Source of the DNA: Bdellovibrionota bacterium
GTDB lineage: Bacteria > Bdellovibrionota_C > UBA2361 > JBIKUX01
Assembly: GCA_044347345.1 (NCBI GenBank)
Contig: JBIKUX010000002.1
Span: 64,001-128,000, forward strand
Length of the DNA: 64,000 bases
Direction of reading: 5' to 3'
The notes beneath the pieces are model-generated. The model was not told the DNA's origin. It made no database searches and worked only from the letters and a program-made list of their open reading frames with translations. The position numbers and the translations under genes were made by a program. This document shows positions 50,237-61,696 of this stretch, in pieces (the first letter of the stretch is position 1; the number at the start of each line of letters is the position of its first letter).

Positions 50237-50998
50237 TTAATTAAACTGTCGCCTTTCAAAAAAGAAAGTTGCTAAAAAGAGTAGAATAAATGAATAAGAT
50301 ACCGCATAAACCAATGAATAAATCATATTCTGTCCTGATCTCAGGATACTAAATACCGCTTCATTTCCAGCATAAAGGGAGTCTAGATGAGGTACAATCC
50401 AGTAACATAACTGTATGGCGGAAGAATTTATTAATTTTGCAAAATCCACCATGGATGAAGCTGAACGTCCGACAACAAAGAAAAAAAATGTAAATAAACC
50501 GATTAAAAGTGGAGTGACGACAATTGAGGAAAAAAATATTGATGCAGCACTAATTATTAGTCCCTCTAAAATAATATAAAATAAGGCCTGTACTAACGGC
50601 AAAGATAATTTGCCTTCGTAACAAGCTACATAAAGTAAAAGACCGATTCCCATACCGCCAACAAGCACGATTGAAATTGTGCTTATACCAAAAAATTTTC
50701 CGAGCAAAAATTCTCTTCTGGGAACCGATTTACTAAGTATATTGTAGATGGTTTTTTTTGCTAACTCCTTCTGCAAAAGAGAAGCTCCTGCTATAACTGC
50801 AAATAACACATTAAAAAGAGATATACTAAAAATTCCAAAATCCTTAATTATTTTTAGAGGGTCACCTACTGCTACACTGCCATAAAAACTCGAAAGGGAG
50901 ACAACCATCACAGCAAAAAAAGGTATGATAAATAATATCTTACTTCTGAGTATTTCCAAGAAAGTAATACGAAATACGGCTAATATTCTTTCAACCAT
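50237..50998 (-). CDS. ABC-2 permease, PilI-like
   Basis: TFLEILRSK, KELAKKTIYNILSK...FLLGKF, FFERRQF; six TM. Confidence 0.85.
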   Translation of the reverse strand: MVERILAVFRITFLEILRSKILFIIPFFAVMVVSLSSFYGSVAVGDPLKIIKDFGIFSISLFNVLFAVIAGASLLQKELAKKTIYNILSKSVPRREFLLGKFFGISTISIVLVGGMGIGLLLYVACYEGKLSLPLVQALFYIILEGLIISAASIFFSSIVVTPLLIGLFTFFFFVVGRSASSMVDFAKLINSSAIQLCYWIVPHLDSLYAGNEAVFSILRSGQNMIYSLVYAVSYSFILLFLATFFFERRQFN

Positions 50999-51956
50999 TA
51001 TGACCTCCTTGGGCTAAATCAATCTCATCCTGCACTAAATCTCGGAATAACTGCGTGAGATTAAGTTGAGCTGGGCGATACTGCTCAAGCACCATAATTT
51101 TTGAATTAATTACTTCTTTTAAAAACGGTGCAGCACTCTCGTGCTGATCACAGATTACTACAATAGAATCACCCTCTCTTCTTATTTTTGCACCATCAGG
51201 AAGTTTGGAAAGAAACATTTCACCTCCCAAACGATCAAGCACTACTTCAACCTGCCGTTGACTATCTTTTCGACGAGTTGCAAGATCAACTATACCGCGC
51301 AAAGTACCTTTAGCTACAATAGCAGCTTTTTCACATAAAAATTCGATGTCTGACAAAATATGTGAGCACAAAAAAAGAGTTGTGCCCTCTTGCTTTAGCG
51401 CAAAAAATAACTCTCTAAACTCTTGGCGACCAATTGGATCTAAACCAGAAAAAGGTTCATCTAGTATGAGCAATTTAGGACGAGCTACTATAGCCTGTGC
51501 CATAGCAAGACGCTGCATAAGACCCTTTGATAAGGATCTGACAGCAAAATTATCTCGTCCTACCAAGTTAACTCTCTCAAGAGCCTTATCAACCGCATCT
51601 TTGCGTTCGTGAGACTTAACACCACCTAACGTTGCATATACCTCCATCAGTTCCCGTACCCGCAAATTATCATAAAAATAAGGTTGCTCTGGTACATAGC
51701 CAACGCTTCTACGAGAAGTAACTTGATAATTAGGCACACCAGAAATAAAAACATCACCCGTATGACGCACCAATCGCAAAATACATTTGATCGTTGTTGT
51801 TTTTCCCGCCCCATTAGGTCCAAGAAAGCCGAAACACTCACCTTGTGCCACGTTAATAGAAAGATTCTTTAATGCATGCACCGGCACCAGAGTAAAGTCT
51901 TTCCGGTAAGTATAAGAAAGATTCTCAATTAGAAGAGCTGATTCATTATCTTTCAT
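50991..51956 (-). CDS. ABC ATP-binding protein, PilH-like
   Basis: GPNGAGKT, GYVPEQPYFY, LSKGLMQR, LDEPFSGLDPIGR. Confidence 0.92.
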   Translation of the reverse strand: MKDNESALLIENLSYTYRKDFTLVPVHALKNLSINVAQGECFGFLGPNGAGKTTTIKCILRLVRHTGDVFISGVPNYQVTSRRSVGYVPEQPYFYDNLRVRELMEVYATLGGVKSHERKDAVDKALERVNLVGRDNFAVRSLSKGLMQRLAMAQAIVARPKLLILDEPFSGLDPIGRQEFRELFFALKQEGTTLFLCSHILSDIEFLCEKAAIVAKGTLRGIVDLATRRKDSQRQVEVVLDRLGGEMFLSKLPDGAKIRREGDSIVVICDQHESAAPFLKEVINSKIMVLEQYRPAQLNLTQLFRDLVQDEIDLAQGGHNG

Positions 51957-52022
51957 TTCTTGAAATACCTTCTCTTTTTGAATTTACTTTAAAGTTTTTC
52001 GATGACACACTTCATCGTCTAT

Positions 52023-52694
52023 CTAATGAATTTTTTCTCGAATCTCGGTAAACTTCTTTCTCATAACTGCTTGCACGTTAAGGTCAGGTACTGCGGCTAA
52101 AATAGAGTCAAAATCTTTTTCAGATCTTAGATTCCCCTCTTTTTGTGCAAATTCAACTACAAGGCGAGAAATATCAGGAGGTACATTAGGTTTTGTGATA
52201 GCTTGCGCGATATCTGCACGAGCACCTTTAATATCATTTTCTAAATCGTAGCGTATCATACCTCTCAGGTATGGTATTAACCATTCGTCAGGCAAAGCTT
52301 CCATCCCCCAAGAAAGAACTTCCTTTGCTGCTACCAGATCTCCCACTTCATAGGCAATTAACATTCCACAAAATGGATAAATGTAGTGAGCCTTTGGATC
52401 TAACTTGGCTGCACTCTTACAAAATTTCACCAAATGACGATAATCACCATCGGAATGAAAACGCCGTCCAAAAAATCCTATTCCATTAAACCAGATAATA
52501 TCTGCTAAAACATTTTTAAACTGTAAGCTTACTAATTGTAAAACATCTTCTCTGGGAAGATATCTTATCTCAGAGGCATGATCAGCCTCATAGGGAATCT
52601 CTCTTGGTAAAGAATTTTTAAAACCAGAGTCACTCCAAGCGCATAAAAAAATACTGAATAAAAACGAACCTAAGGCATAGAATTTGTGTGCCAT
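52023..52694 (-). CDS. TPR-like protein, PilG-like (Myxococcus-type pilGHI)
   Basis: LADIIWFNGIGFFG...AKLDP...Y, PDEWLIPYLRG; precedes ABC ATPase and permease. Confidence 0.65.
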   Translation of the reverse strand: MAHKFYALGSFLFSIFLCAWSDSGFKNSLPREIPYEADHASEIRYLPREDVLQLVSLQFKNVLADIIWFNGIGFFGRRFHSDGDYRHLVKFCKSAAKLDPKAHYIYPFCGMLIAYEVGDLVAAKEVLSWGMEALPDEWLIPYLRGMIRYDLENDIKGARADIAQAITKPNVPPDISRLVVEFAQKEGNLRSEKDFDSILAAVPDLNVQAVMRKKFTEIREKIH

Positions 52695-52916
52695 AATATG
52701 CAGTAGATCTTTAATAAGCTCTAAGAGAACGTTTGCTCTTAAAATGGAGGAAATTAGAACTACCTAGCGGTTGTTGGTTAACTCTCTTCCTCAACTCTCC
52801 CCAACCAAATAATTTTACCAATATGATGCGGAAAATAAAAATTAGGCAGCAAAAATCTTAGATGGGAAAGATTTAAGTATAAAGGTAAAAATCTGCCGGC
52901 CTTAAAACTACGATTT

Positions 52917-53780
52917 TTAAAATTTAAGATCAGCCACTAAAAGAATTAAAAGTAACGGTAAATAAGCTATAGATGCTCTTAAGACTTTTCTCGCATCGCT
53001 TACAGAATGGCTCTTAGATAAGACCCAACCGTACCATACCATCATAGCTCCTAAAATGACGGCACCAACAAGATAAATCGACCCAGACATACCTACAGCA
53101 AAAGGGACAACTGATACACCTAATAACAATAGCGAAAAGCCTAAAATCTGACGAAAGGTTCTGATGCCATCAGGCTCAACCACCGGTAACATCTTTAATC
53201 CTCCTCTTTCGTAATCTTCGCGATACATCCATGCGATAGCGTAAAAGTGAGGATGTTGCCACAGAAATAGCAAACAAAATAACAACCAGGCGCCAATACC
53301 AAGCTCACCGGTAGCGGCCGACCAACCTCCCATAGGGGGAAGAGCACCTGGTATTGCTCCAATAGCAGTATTAAGCCAAGTGGTACGCTTAAGCGGAGTG
53401 TAAACAAGCACATATAAAAAAGAAGTAAGTAGAGCAAGGAATCCAGTCAAAAGATTAACCCCCACGACTAAAAGTGAGGTACCGGCAAGAGTCAAAAAAA
53501 TACCAAATGACAACGCCGCCAACGGAGAAATCTGCCCTCTTGGAAGAGGACGCAAACAAGTACGACGCATTCTTGCGTCAACATCGCGCTCTAAATATTG
53601 ATTAAGAACACTCGCTCCTGAACAACTCAACCAAGTACCCAAGAGCATAATCGCAAAAACAGAAACCGGAGATAAAACTCCTCCACTCGCAAGAAAAAAG
53701 CCAAGAGCCGCAGTAATCACCACCATTAAAGCGATGCGAGGCTTAGTAAGAGATATATAAAGTTGAATTTGCTTACGCAT
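52917..53780 (-). CDS. ctaB: Protoheme IX farnesyltransferase
   Basis: LTKPRI, NQYLERDVDARMRRT..RPLP, YTPLKR, WQHPHF, DY. Confidence 0.96.
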   Translation of the reverse strand: MRKQIQLYISLTKPRIALMVVITAALGFFLASGGVLSPVSVFAIMLLGTWLSCSGASVLNQYLERDVDARMRRTCLRPLPRGQISPLAALSFGIFLTLAGTSLLVVGVNLLTGFLALLTSFLYVLVYTPLKRTTWLNTAIGAIPGALPPMGGWSAATGELGIGAWLLFCLLFLWQHPHFYAIAWMYREDYERGGLKMLPVVEPDGIRTFRQILGFSLLLLGVSVVPFAVGMSGSIYLVGAVILGAMMVWYGWVLSKSHSVSDARKVLRASIAYLPLLLILLVADLKF

Positions 53781-53890
53781 GAAAAAACATCCGCAATAAA
53801 CTGCGCTCAGGCAGTAGTGTACCCTAATCTTTCTAGAAGTGCACCTTTGTTGCTCATCTGTAAATATCTAATAGATTCAATTGATAACAA

Positions 53891-54820
53891 TCAAAACTCA
53901 AATCGCCTAGGACGACTTATAAGTGCCTGAACTAATTGATTACAAGAAACTGACCCATCCAATAAAGATGCAATACCTTTAATAATTGGAGCTTCGATAC
54001 AAAATTTATGCGCCATTTTCGCAAGCAGTGGAGCCGCTGAGACTCCCTCTGCAGTCTGCCCTACCGTAGCGAGCGCTTCCTTCAAAGTTAGGCCTTTACC
54101 TAAATTATAACCAACCTGCCAGTTACGACTCTGCCTTGAACTACCCGTCATTAAAAGATCACCGAGCCCGGTAAGTCCAATTATTGTTTGCGGATCCCCT
54201 CCAAGTGGATTGGCAAATCGCATCATTTCTGCCAGACCACGGGTCAAAAGAGAGGCTCTTATTGATTCTCCCAGTCCTAATCCTTCAGCCATTCCGGTAG
54301 CAATAGCGATCACATTTTTTATTATACCACCAATTTCGATACCAAGAGGATCTCTAGAAAGATAAACACGTAAAAAAGAAGCTTCAAAAGAGCAAGCGAG
54401 AATTTCAGCTATTTGAGGCTCAAAGGCACCAATTACTAAAGTGCTCATCATGCGCTCTTGCAATTCTTTGGCAAACAATGGCCCGCCAAGAACCGCAAAT
54501 TTAGCTCGGTCTCCTCCCACTCGGCTCCAAGCTTCTGCAACTGTTAAACTAGACTTTGTAAGCCCTTTTACTGCACTAAGAAGAATAGAAGAATGTAATT
54601 GAGCTTTAATTGTAGGTAATAAATCTTCAACTACAATAGCAGGCAGAGCTAGAACAATAGCATCGACACCACGAAGATGAGATATCTCCGAACACCATTT
54701 ATATGAAGCTCCATGTATTTGTGAACGTGACCAAGCAATTACCTTTCTTTTATTATTTGATAGATGAGTGGCTAATGCACACCCCCATCGCCCCTGACCT
54801 ACTACTCCAAAGGTCTCCAT
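53891..54820 (-). CDS. gpsA: NAD(P)H-dependent glycerol-3-phosphate dehydrogenase
   Basis: GQGRWG, KGL, GPLFAKE, GIIKNVIAI, GLGDL, SRN, AEGV. Confidence 0.92.
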   Translation of the reverse strand: METFGVVGQGRWGCALATHLSNNKRKVIAWSRSQIHGASYKWCSEISHLRGVDAIVLALPAIVVEDLLPTIKAQLHSSILLSAVKGLTKSSLTVAEAWSRVGGDRAKFAVLGGPLFAKELQERMMSTLVIGAFEPQIAEILACSFEASFLRVYLSRDPLGIEIGGIIKNVIAIATGMAEGLGLGESIRASLLTRGLAEMMRFANPLGGDPQTIIGLTGLGDLLMTGSSRQSRNWQVGYNLGKGLTLKEALATVGQTAEGVSAAPLLAKMAHKFCIEAPIIKGIASLLDGSVSCNQLVQALISRPRRFEF

Positions 54821-54914
54821 TAATGTACTCTAGTAAATTAATTTAACAGTGATTTATTTTACTGCTCAGGTATTTTTAGGGTATTTTTACAAAATTTTTA
54901 CGGTATTTCTATGA

Positions 54915-57485
54915 TCAACTGACTTCGGAAGTTGAGTCTTCTTCTTGATCGTTAACGAAATGAGCAACAGCTACAACTTTTTCGTCAGCTTCAAGATTAA
55001 TAAGTCTAACCCCCAAGGTATTCCTTCCGATCACTGGTACATCAGCTGTACGCAATCTGATAATCTTACCCCCAGATGTAATCAACATAAATTCGGCATT
55101 CTCTTGATATTCAGCTACAGCACTTACCACAAGGCCATTACGGGTACCAATACCAGCTTGAATATCAATGATCCCTTTTCCTGATCGTTTCTGAGATCTA
55201 TAGTCAGACAGTGGCGTACGCTTTCCGTAACCAAACTCACATACAGTAACTAACATGCCATCAGAACTTTTATTAATCTCTTTATTATTTAATGACTCCC
55301 CGGAAACTAAACTGTTTGCTTGAGATGAAAGCTCAGGCTTACTAGCTAGTGCAGTTGAACCAGTCGTACCAAATAAAACAGTCATACTGACTAAAAAATC
55401 ATTCTCAGAAAGTTCTATCCCCTTAACACCCCGAGCCACACGCCCCATTGCTCTAACATCTGACTCAGGAAATCGAATAGATAAACCTGACTGAGTGGCA
55501 AGAAGAACATCATCGCCCTCTCGGACAAGATCTACTGCTATCAGCACATCATTGTCATCGAGAACGCAGGCAATTACCCCTCCTCTTCTTGATTTTGAAA
55601 ACTCCATTAAAGGAATTTTCTTCACAACTCCTTGCTTTGTCGCCATCATTACAAAACGCTGATCATCAAACTCACGCACTGAAAGTATAGTAGCGACACC
55701 CTCACCATCACGTAGGTCTAACAAGTTGACTAAAGCTCTACCTCTACCGATACGGCTAGCCTCAGGTATTTCATAAACTTTCAACCAATGAAGTCTTCCA
55801 AGAGTAGTAAACGCTAGTAAAGATGCATGAGTTGAAGCAACGAAAAGATGCTCGACAAAATCTTCGTCTCTTGTAGCTACTCCAGCAATACCTTTACCAC
55901 CCCGCTTTTGAGCACGATACTCAGCAATTGATGTACGACGGATATATCCCTGATGGCTGATCGTAACTACCATCTCTTCATCTTCTATGAAGTCTTCAAT
56001 TACTAACTCATCAGGAGTATCAATAATTTGAGTTCGTCGAGGACTTGTAAACTGATCACGTAAAACAAGAGTTTCTCTGCGAATTACTTCGTCTATTCGT
56101 ATGGGACTCTCTAAAATAGCCGAAAGCCTTTCTATTTCAGCTTTCAACTCTTCATATTCTCGCTCTATAGCAAGACGTTCTAATCCGGTTAGTTTTTGCA
56201 AACGAAGATCAAGAATTGCTTGCGCTTGTAATTGAGAGAAAGAAAATCTCGATTGTAAAACTTCACGAGCTTCAACCGGTGAATCTGCACCTTTAATGAT
56301 AGCAATAACTTCATCAATATTTAGAAGAGCTATCCGGAAACCTTCTAGCAAATGCATGCGGGCACGAGCTTGACGAAGCTCATAAGTAGTTCGACGAGTA
56401 ACTACATCTCTTCGATGATTGAGAAAATGCTCAAGTAACTGACGTAAAGAGCAAATTACTGGCTTACCCTCAACAATAGCTAAATTAATAATACCAAAGC
56501 TAGTTTGAAGAGGGGTACTCTTATAAAGCTGATTGAGCACTACTTCAGCAGTCGCATCACGCTTCAACTCAATAACTATTCGCATACCATGACGATCAGA
56601 TTCATCACGAAGCTTCGATATCCCTTCAATCTCTTTGGCATTTACTAACTCAGCGATCCGCTCAATCAAACGAGCCTTATTTACTTGGAAAGGAATCTCT
56701 GTGATGACGATTGCCTCAACTTCGCGCGAATTCCCTTTAATTTTCTCTATATCAGCTTTGCCCCGAACCTGAACCACTCCCTTTCCACTGCGATAAGCTG
56801 CACGAAAAGAGCTGGTACCAAGAATAATTCCTCCAGTGGGAAAATCAGGGCCAGGTACGCAAGCTAGCAACTGTTCCACTGAGCAATTTGGCTCATCTAT
56901 TAAGAGAACTAATGCATCAATAATTTCGATTAAGTTATGAGGTGGCATGTGAGTTGCCATGCCTACAGCTATTCCACTAGCTCCGTTAATAAGTAAATTT
57001 GGAACTACAGCAGGAAATACCGTGGGCTCTGTATGAGAGTCATCAAAGTTTGGGATGAAATCTACCGTTTCCTTGTCTATATCTTCAAGGAGCTTTTCAG
57101 CGATTGGCGTCATTCTACTTTCGGTATATCGATATGCCGCTGGTGGGTCGCCATCAATCGAACCAAAGTTACCCTGTCCATCAACAAGAGGGTAACGAAG
57201 ACTCCAAGATTGAGCCAATCGAACTAAGGCTTCATAAACTGGAGCATCTCCATGCGGATGATAACGCTTTAATACCTCGCCAACCACACCAGCACACTTA
57301 GAGTGCTTACGATTAGAAAGTAATCCTTCACGATACATCGCATATAAAACTCTTCTTTGAACTGGCTTTAATCCATCACGCACATCAGGAAGAGCTCGCC
57401 CTACAATCACACTCATTGCGTAGTCCATGTAAGACTGACGCATTTCATCTTCAATCGTTATAGAAAGGATCGATAAATCTTCCAT
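54915..57485 (-). CDS. gyrA: DNA gyrase subunit A
   Basis: [38 protein letters not shown], GyrA-box QKRGGKG, beta-pinwheel CTD. Confidence 0.98.
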   Translation of the reverse strand: MEDLSILSITIEDEMRQSYMDYAMSVIVGRALPDVRDGLKPVQRRVLYAMYREGLLSNRKHSKCAGVVGEVLKRYHPHGDAPVYEALVRLAQSWSLRYPLVDGQGNFGSIDGDPPAAYRYTESRMTPIAEKLLEDIDKETVDFIPNFDDSHTEPTVFPAVVPNLLINGASGIAVGMATHMPPHNLIEIIDALVLLIDEPNCSVEQLLACVPGPDFPTGGIILGTSSFRAAYRSGKGVVQVRGKADIEKIKGNSREVEAIVITEIPFQVNKARLIERIAELVNAKEIEGISKLRDESDRHGMRIVIELKRDATAEVVLNQLYKSTPLQTSFGIINLAIVEGKPVICSLRQLLEHFLNHRRDVVTRRTTYELRQARARMHLLEGFRIALLNIDEVIAIIKGADSPVEAREVLQSRFSFSQLQAQAILDLRLQKLTGLERLAIEREYEELKAEIERLSAILESPIRIDEVIRRETLVLRDQFTSPRRTQIIDTPDELVIEDFIEDEEMVVTISHQGYIRRTSIAEYRAQKRGGKGIAGVATRDEDFVEHLFVASTHASLLAFTTLGRLHWLKVYEIPEASRIGRGRALVNLLDLRDGEGVATILSVREFDDQRFVMMATKQGVVKKIPLMEFSKSRRGGVIACVLDDNDVLIAVDLVREGDDVLLATQSGLSIRFPESDVRAMGRVARGVKGIELSENDFLVSMTVLFGTTGSTALASKPELSSQANSLVSGESLNNKEINKSSDGMLVTVCEFGYGKRTPLSDYRSQKRSGKGIIDIQAGIGTRNGLVVSAVAEYQENAEFMLITSGGKIIRLRTADVPVIGRNTLGVRLINLEADEKVVAVAHFVNDQEEDSTSEVS

Positions 57486-57513
57486 GCTCTATCTTTACCG
57501 CCTAGAAATAAAA

Positions 57514-59220
57514 CTAATTAGTACGAACTTTGCTACGAACCTTTTTAGGCTCATTGTGTAGTTCAGCCATCAAAGAAACAAATCTGGTTAGTACCCCAAC
57601 CCCAAATCCAGTCGCACCAGACTCTCCTAGCGGAGTATCTTTTTCAATAAATGCCGAGCCAGCAATGTCTAAATGAGCCCAACGCACACCTGCTGGTATA
57701 AATGACTGAATAAAACTTGCCGCTGAACTAGCCCCACCATACCGAGTGTTTGCCATATTACATATATCAGCTATGCTACTTTTCATCATAGCTCGGTACT
57801 CCGCTCCTAATGGCAAACGCCAAAGAAGCTCTCCAGCCTCCTCACCCGACCTCTGTAAAAGGGTAGCTAGCTCCTCATCTGCCGTAAATAATCCAGCATA
57901 AGGAGTACCCAACGCCACCATACATGCCCCAGTAAGAGTAGCTATATCTACAATAATCTCTGCTCCCTCACGAGCGGCTAGTGTGACAGTATCAGCAAGA
58001 ATAAGACGACCTTCTGCATCAGTGTTTAGAATCTCAATCGTTTTACCACTCAAAGATTTAACAACATCTCCTGGACGAGTAGCACAACCACTAACCAGAT
58101 TCTCACAGGTAGCAACATATGCAACGACTTCTATAGGTAACTTTAAGGCTGAAACAAGGTCGATTGCACCAATAACTGCCGCAGCACCTGCCATATCCAT
58201 CTTCATGTCTTTCATAGAATCAGCAGGCTTTAAGGAATAACCTCCACTATCGAAAGTTATTCCCTTACCAACCAACGCAATTTTAGGCCCTCGTGGCTTC
58301 TGTGACCGATATGTTTGTGGACTGTATGAAAGAGAAACGATAAATCCAGGCTCATCACTTCCGCGAGATACAGCAAGAAATGAACCTGCTCCAATGGTTT
58401 TAAGCCTTTTTTCATCACGAACCACCAGCCTTAAATTACGCTTTCGAGCTACCTCACGACACTGATTAACAATAGCAGTTGGAGTGCTGTCACATGGGGC
58501 TAAATTTACTAAAGTTCTGGCAATACTATAAGCACGATCATAATTAGCGATTTTACTACCTACGGAATTAAGAGAGTGTTTTAAATCTATAAACCGTAAA
58601 GTCTTAATAGACTCTTGTTGTGGACGAAGAGGCTGTTTGCTTGAGGTAATAGCATTCTTTTTTGTGGTAGCAGTTATCTGTTCATCTTTTTTTAACGAAC
58701 GATATTGCGTAAATTTATATCTACGACGGACAACGCCTTCACAAAAAGATTCCACGAAATGCGGTTCATGCTGAAATACCTCAGGCAAATAAACTGCACA
58801 CTCTCCTTCCTGATAAATTTGAGCAATTCGAGCACACTCCCCTCCCCACATCCTTACCATGCGAGAAATTAGGTTCTTTTTATCAAGTAACGAACTAATG
58901 TCAGTATTACTTGTCGAATCATCCCACCAAACTAATCCAAGGCGAAAATGTCCAGTATCAAGCACAGTAGCTTTAGCTTGAACACCCGACAATTCAGCAG
59001 AAGAACCATCAGAATGAATATTTTTCCCAAATCTCAGTAGTACTTTTTTGGCGTCACCATTAAATATATTATCAAGTAACAACAATATAGAAGATTGAGA
59101 ACGCGACTTAGGATTACTCAGTACCTTTATTAAGCTGGTCGGTATTACACAAAATAAATAAGACGGTAGACTCTCGGAAGAGGTTTGCGATGTTAGTGTT
59201 ATAGAATCGAGGAATTTCAT
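57514..59220 (-). CDS. pepA: Leucyl aminopeptidase (M17)
   Basis: GKGITFDSGG, MKMDMAG, NTDAEGRL, ATLTGA, WAHLDIAG; start uncertain (ATG 59220 vs 59325). Confidence 0.95.
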   Translation of the reverse strand: MKFLDSITLTSQTSSESLPSYLFCVIPTSLIKVLSNPKSRSQSSILLLLDNIFNGDAKKVLLRFGKNIHSDGSSAELSGVQAKATVLDTGHFRLGLVWWDDSTSNTDISSLLDKKNLISRMVRMWGGECARIAQIYQEGECAVYLPEVFQHEPHFVESFCEGVVRRRYKFTQYRSLKKDEQITATTKKNAITSSKQPLRPQQESIKTLRFIDLKHSLNSVGSKIANYDRAYSIARTLVNLAPCDSTPTAIVNQCREVARKRNLRLVVRDEKRLKTIGAGSFLAVSRGSDEPGFIVSLSYSPQTYRSQKPRGPKIALVGKGITFDSGGYSLKPADSMKDMKMDMAGAAAVIGAIDLVSALKLPIEVVAYVATCENLVSGCATRPGDVVKSLSGKTIEILNTDAEGRLILADTVTLAAREGAEIIVDIATLTGACMVALGTPYAGLFTADEELATLLQRSGEEAGELLWRLPLGAEYRAMMKSSIADICNMANTRYGGASSAASFIQSFIPAGVRWAHLDIAGSAFIEKDTPLGESGATGFGVGVLTRFVSLMAELHNEPKKVRSKVRTN

Positions 59221-59400
59221 ACTCAAATAATACGAGAGATTTAACTCTGCCACAATAACGTGTTGTTGGCGGAACAATACAAGATCATTAATAATCTTGT
59301 GGTGACAAGATAAAATATTTATCAAAACTTAAGCTTAAGCGTATTGGGAGTATAACCGAGGAGATATGTTAGGAATATACATTGCGCCCGGAGGGGGATA

Positions 59401-60774
59401 GTGGCAAAAAGGGACATGGTTATTCTCCACGACTTTTTAGAGTCGTCGAGAGAACTAGGCGAAATCCTGCATAAAAACGGATTGACGACTCGTTTTGCGT
59501 CAATGGGACGAGACGAAATAAAAGAAAAAAGACTTTCTAATCCTATCTTTTTTGCACAACTTGCTGGTGACGAAAGTACCGTTAAACAAAGAGTCTCAGA
59601 CATTGCCCAAATAAAGCACCTTCACCCTTACCCGGTCATTATACTTGGGCCAAAAGTTCAGCAATTTAGCTCTCTTCTTTCCCATTTTTTCAAACATTCA
59701 CTTGCAATCGATACTCCGTTTACACCCGATAATGTTCTCGATGCCATCAAGAAAATCGAAACTCTTGAGCATCCTGATGCCATCAACAAAAATCTGCAAA
59801 ATAAGCAAGAACAATCTAACTTCATTAACTTCTTCACTACAGTCCACAAATTTACTTCGATTCAGCAACAAAATCTGGGTGGTAGTTTGTATATTCTTGC
59901 CAGTGCTCCAGAAAATATAGCTGATCAAAAATACTTACCAAAAAACGATGAAGTACTAGAAGCACTTAAAATTTTAACTTCTATCGCTAATAAGCATGAT
60001 ATAGCTCATATCCACCGAACAGCCTTTGCCTCAAACAGTATTATTAATGCTCTTGATCCAAAACCACAAAAATTAGAAGAAGCAAGAGTAGCGGCATTAC
60101 TGCATGCTTGGTCTCTCCTAGACGATAGTCGCCTCACACGAATTGATTACTCAAATCCAAAAATATCCGATGTACGTAAACAAATTTCTGAGCGAATAGA
60201 AAAAAGTGCCGTAAAGATCGCCGAAGAATTAAAGTTATCTGGCGCTGCCTCAATTGTCTCAACACTAGCGCGAATCGTTGGTGATCAGGTTATCAAGTCT
60301 GATGATGAGAACTCTCTTCTTGCATCTTGTATATTTGCGGCTGACCTAATAGATCGAACGTGTTGGCAATCTGGCTCTTGGGATCCAGGCTCTGCTTACC
60401 GAATACTGATAAAATGTAAAGTAGGTACCCTTGGAGCGATTCCTCCACAAATAGTTAGTTGCGTCCTTAAACTTATGCTTGAAGCTGTTGAATCTACGGC
60501 ACCACAAAGAATGCTTCCAAGGTCAGTGAGCACAAATCAGGAGCTCCTGACTAAAGCGGAAGAATACACCAAATCGCCATTAACTGATGATGAAAAAAGA
60601 GTTTTTTTATCCGCTTTAGCTCCAGGCATGAAACTTAAGCGACCACTTGAAGCTTTTGATGGAAAAATTTTGATTCCACAAGACGTTGTGCTCGACGTCG
60701 ATATGATATGGCGTATTTGGAGTCTATCCGCTGTTCGCGCATTAAATACTCCGCTTGTAGTAGAAAACTTTTAG
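59401..60774 (+). CDS. Degenerate receiver + HD-like signalling protein
   Basis: AHIHRTA, AALLHAWS, AADLID; C-terminal LAPGMKLKRPLEAFDGKILIP module of the kind seen on HD-GYP/HDOD proteins. Confidence 0.6.
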   Translation: MAKRDMVILHDFLESSRELGEILHKNGLTTRFASMGRDEIKEKRLSNPIFFAQLAGDESTVKQRVSDIAQIKHLHPYPVIILGPKVQQFSSLLSHFFKHSLAIDTPFTPDNVLDAIKKIETLEHPDAINKNLQNKQEQSNFINFFTTVHKFTSIQQQNLGGSLYILASAPENIADQKYLPKNDEVLEALKILTSIANKHDIAHIHRTAFASNSIINALDPKPQKLEEARVAALLHAWSLLDDSRLTRIDYSNPKISDVRKQISERIEKSAVKIAEELKLSGAASIVSTLARIVGDQVIKSDDENSLLASCIFAADLIDRTCWQSGSWDPGSAYRILIKCKVGTLGAIPPQIVSCVLKLMLEAVESTAPQRMLPRSVSTNQELLTKAEEYTKSPLTDDEKRVFLSALAPGMKLKRPLEAFDGKILIPQDVVLDVDMIWRIWSLSAVRALNTPLVVENF

Positions 60775-60785
60775 TTGGCTAACTG

Positions 60786-61676
60786 TTACACCGTACTACT
60801 GTTAACAATGTACTTTAATCCTTCCCTAAACGATGGATATTTAAGTTCGGTTGTTAATAAATCTTGGAGTAGCTGAGTACTAACTCTTTGTGAACCAAGT
60901 AAAGAAGCCATCCCCAAACCTTTTTGCTTTGCTTCTTCAATAGAAATAATCTCAGGAATAGGCAAATTTAGCTCTCGGCAGTAAGCTTCAATTACTTCAT
61001 TAATCGGCGTTGGCAACCTATCGGCTGCATTAATTATTGGTGGTAAGTCACCATCAATTACAAAGCACAGTTCATAAAGAATATTTGAAAGATCCTCTAC
61101 GTGAATCCTATTACTCCAACGATTATCATTAATACGGGGAAAACTACCTCTCTTTAATGCTTGATGTAACCCACGTTCAAGGCCATAAATGGCGGCAGGA
61201 CGCACCACCGTAACACGATTACTTCTCCTATTATCGCGAAGCTTTAAGTATGCTTGTTCTACAGTAACCCTTGCTACTAGACGTGATTGAAGAGGTTTTA
61301 CTAAAATTGTCTCATCAACCCAGCTTCCATCCACTCTTTCGTACACTCCAGTAGTACTTAAATACAGCAATGTACTAAGAGAATTGCGATGAAAATAATC
61401 GACTAGAACTTCAGCATATCCAGCAGAATAATTCTCAGGCGGAGGTATACTATCGACTACCTTATTAATAGTGGGATATTCACGCAAAAGCGACGCCAAT
61501 TCATTTGGGGAAGAAATAGTCACTCCTAAGCTATTGTTACGAGTGAACCTACGAGCTTTCAATGGATCACGAGTAGTTATCAGTACCGAAACATCAGGTT
61601 TTTTTTTCTCTAGGTCACACAATAAACACTCTAAAGTGTAGCCACCTCCTAATAGCAGTAAAGAAGGATCTTTCAT
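60786..61676 (-). CDS. Atypical SDR / NAD-dependent epimerase (YeeZ-like)
   Basis: LGGGY, SIPP, YLSTTGVY..DGSWVDE, RPAAIYG, NRIHVEDL, YPSFREGL. Confidence 0.88.
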   Translation of the reverse strand: MKDPSLLLLGGGYTLECLLCDLEKKKPDVSVLITTRDPLKARRFTRNNSLGVTISSPNELASLLREYPTINKVVDSIPPPENYSAGYAEVLVDYFHRNSLSTLLYLSTTGVYERVDGSWVDETILVKPLQSRLVARVTVEQAYLKLRDNRRSNRVTVVRPAAIYGLERGLHQALKRGSFPRINDNRWSNRIHVEDLSNILYELCFVIDGDLPPIINAADRLPTPINEVIEAYCRELNLPIPEIISIEEAKQKGLGMASLLGSQRVSTQLLQDLLTTELKYPSFREGLKYIVNSSTV

Positions 61677-61696
61677 GGTTTTTTCTGATAAAATTT

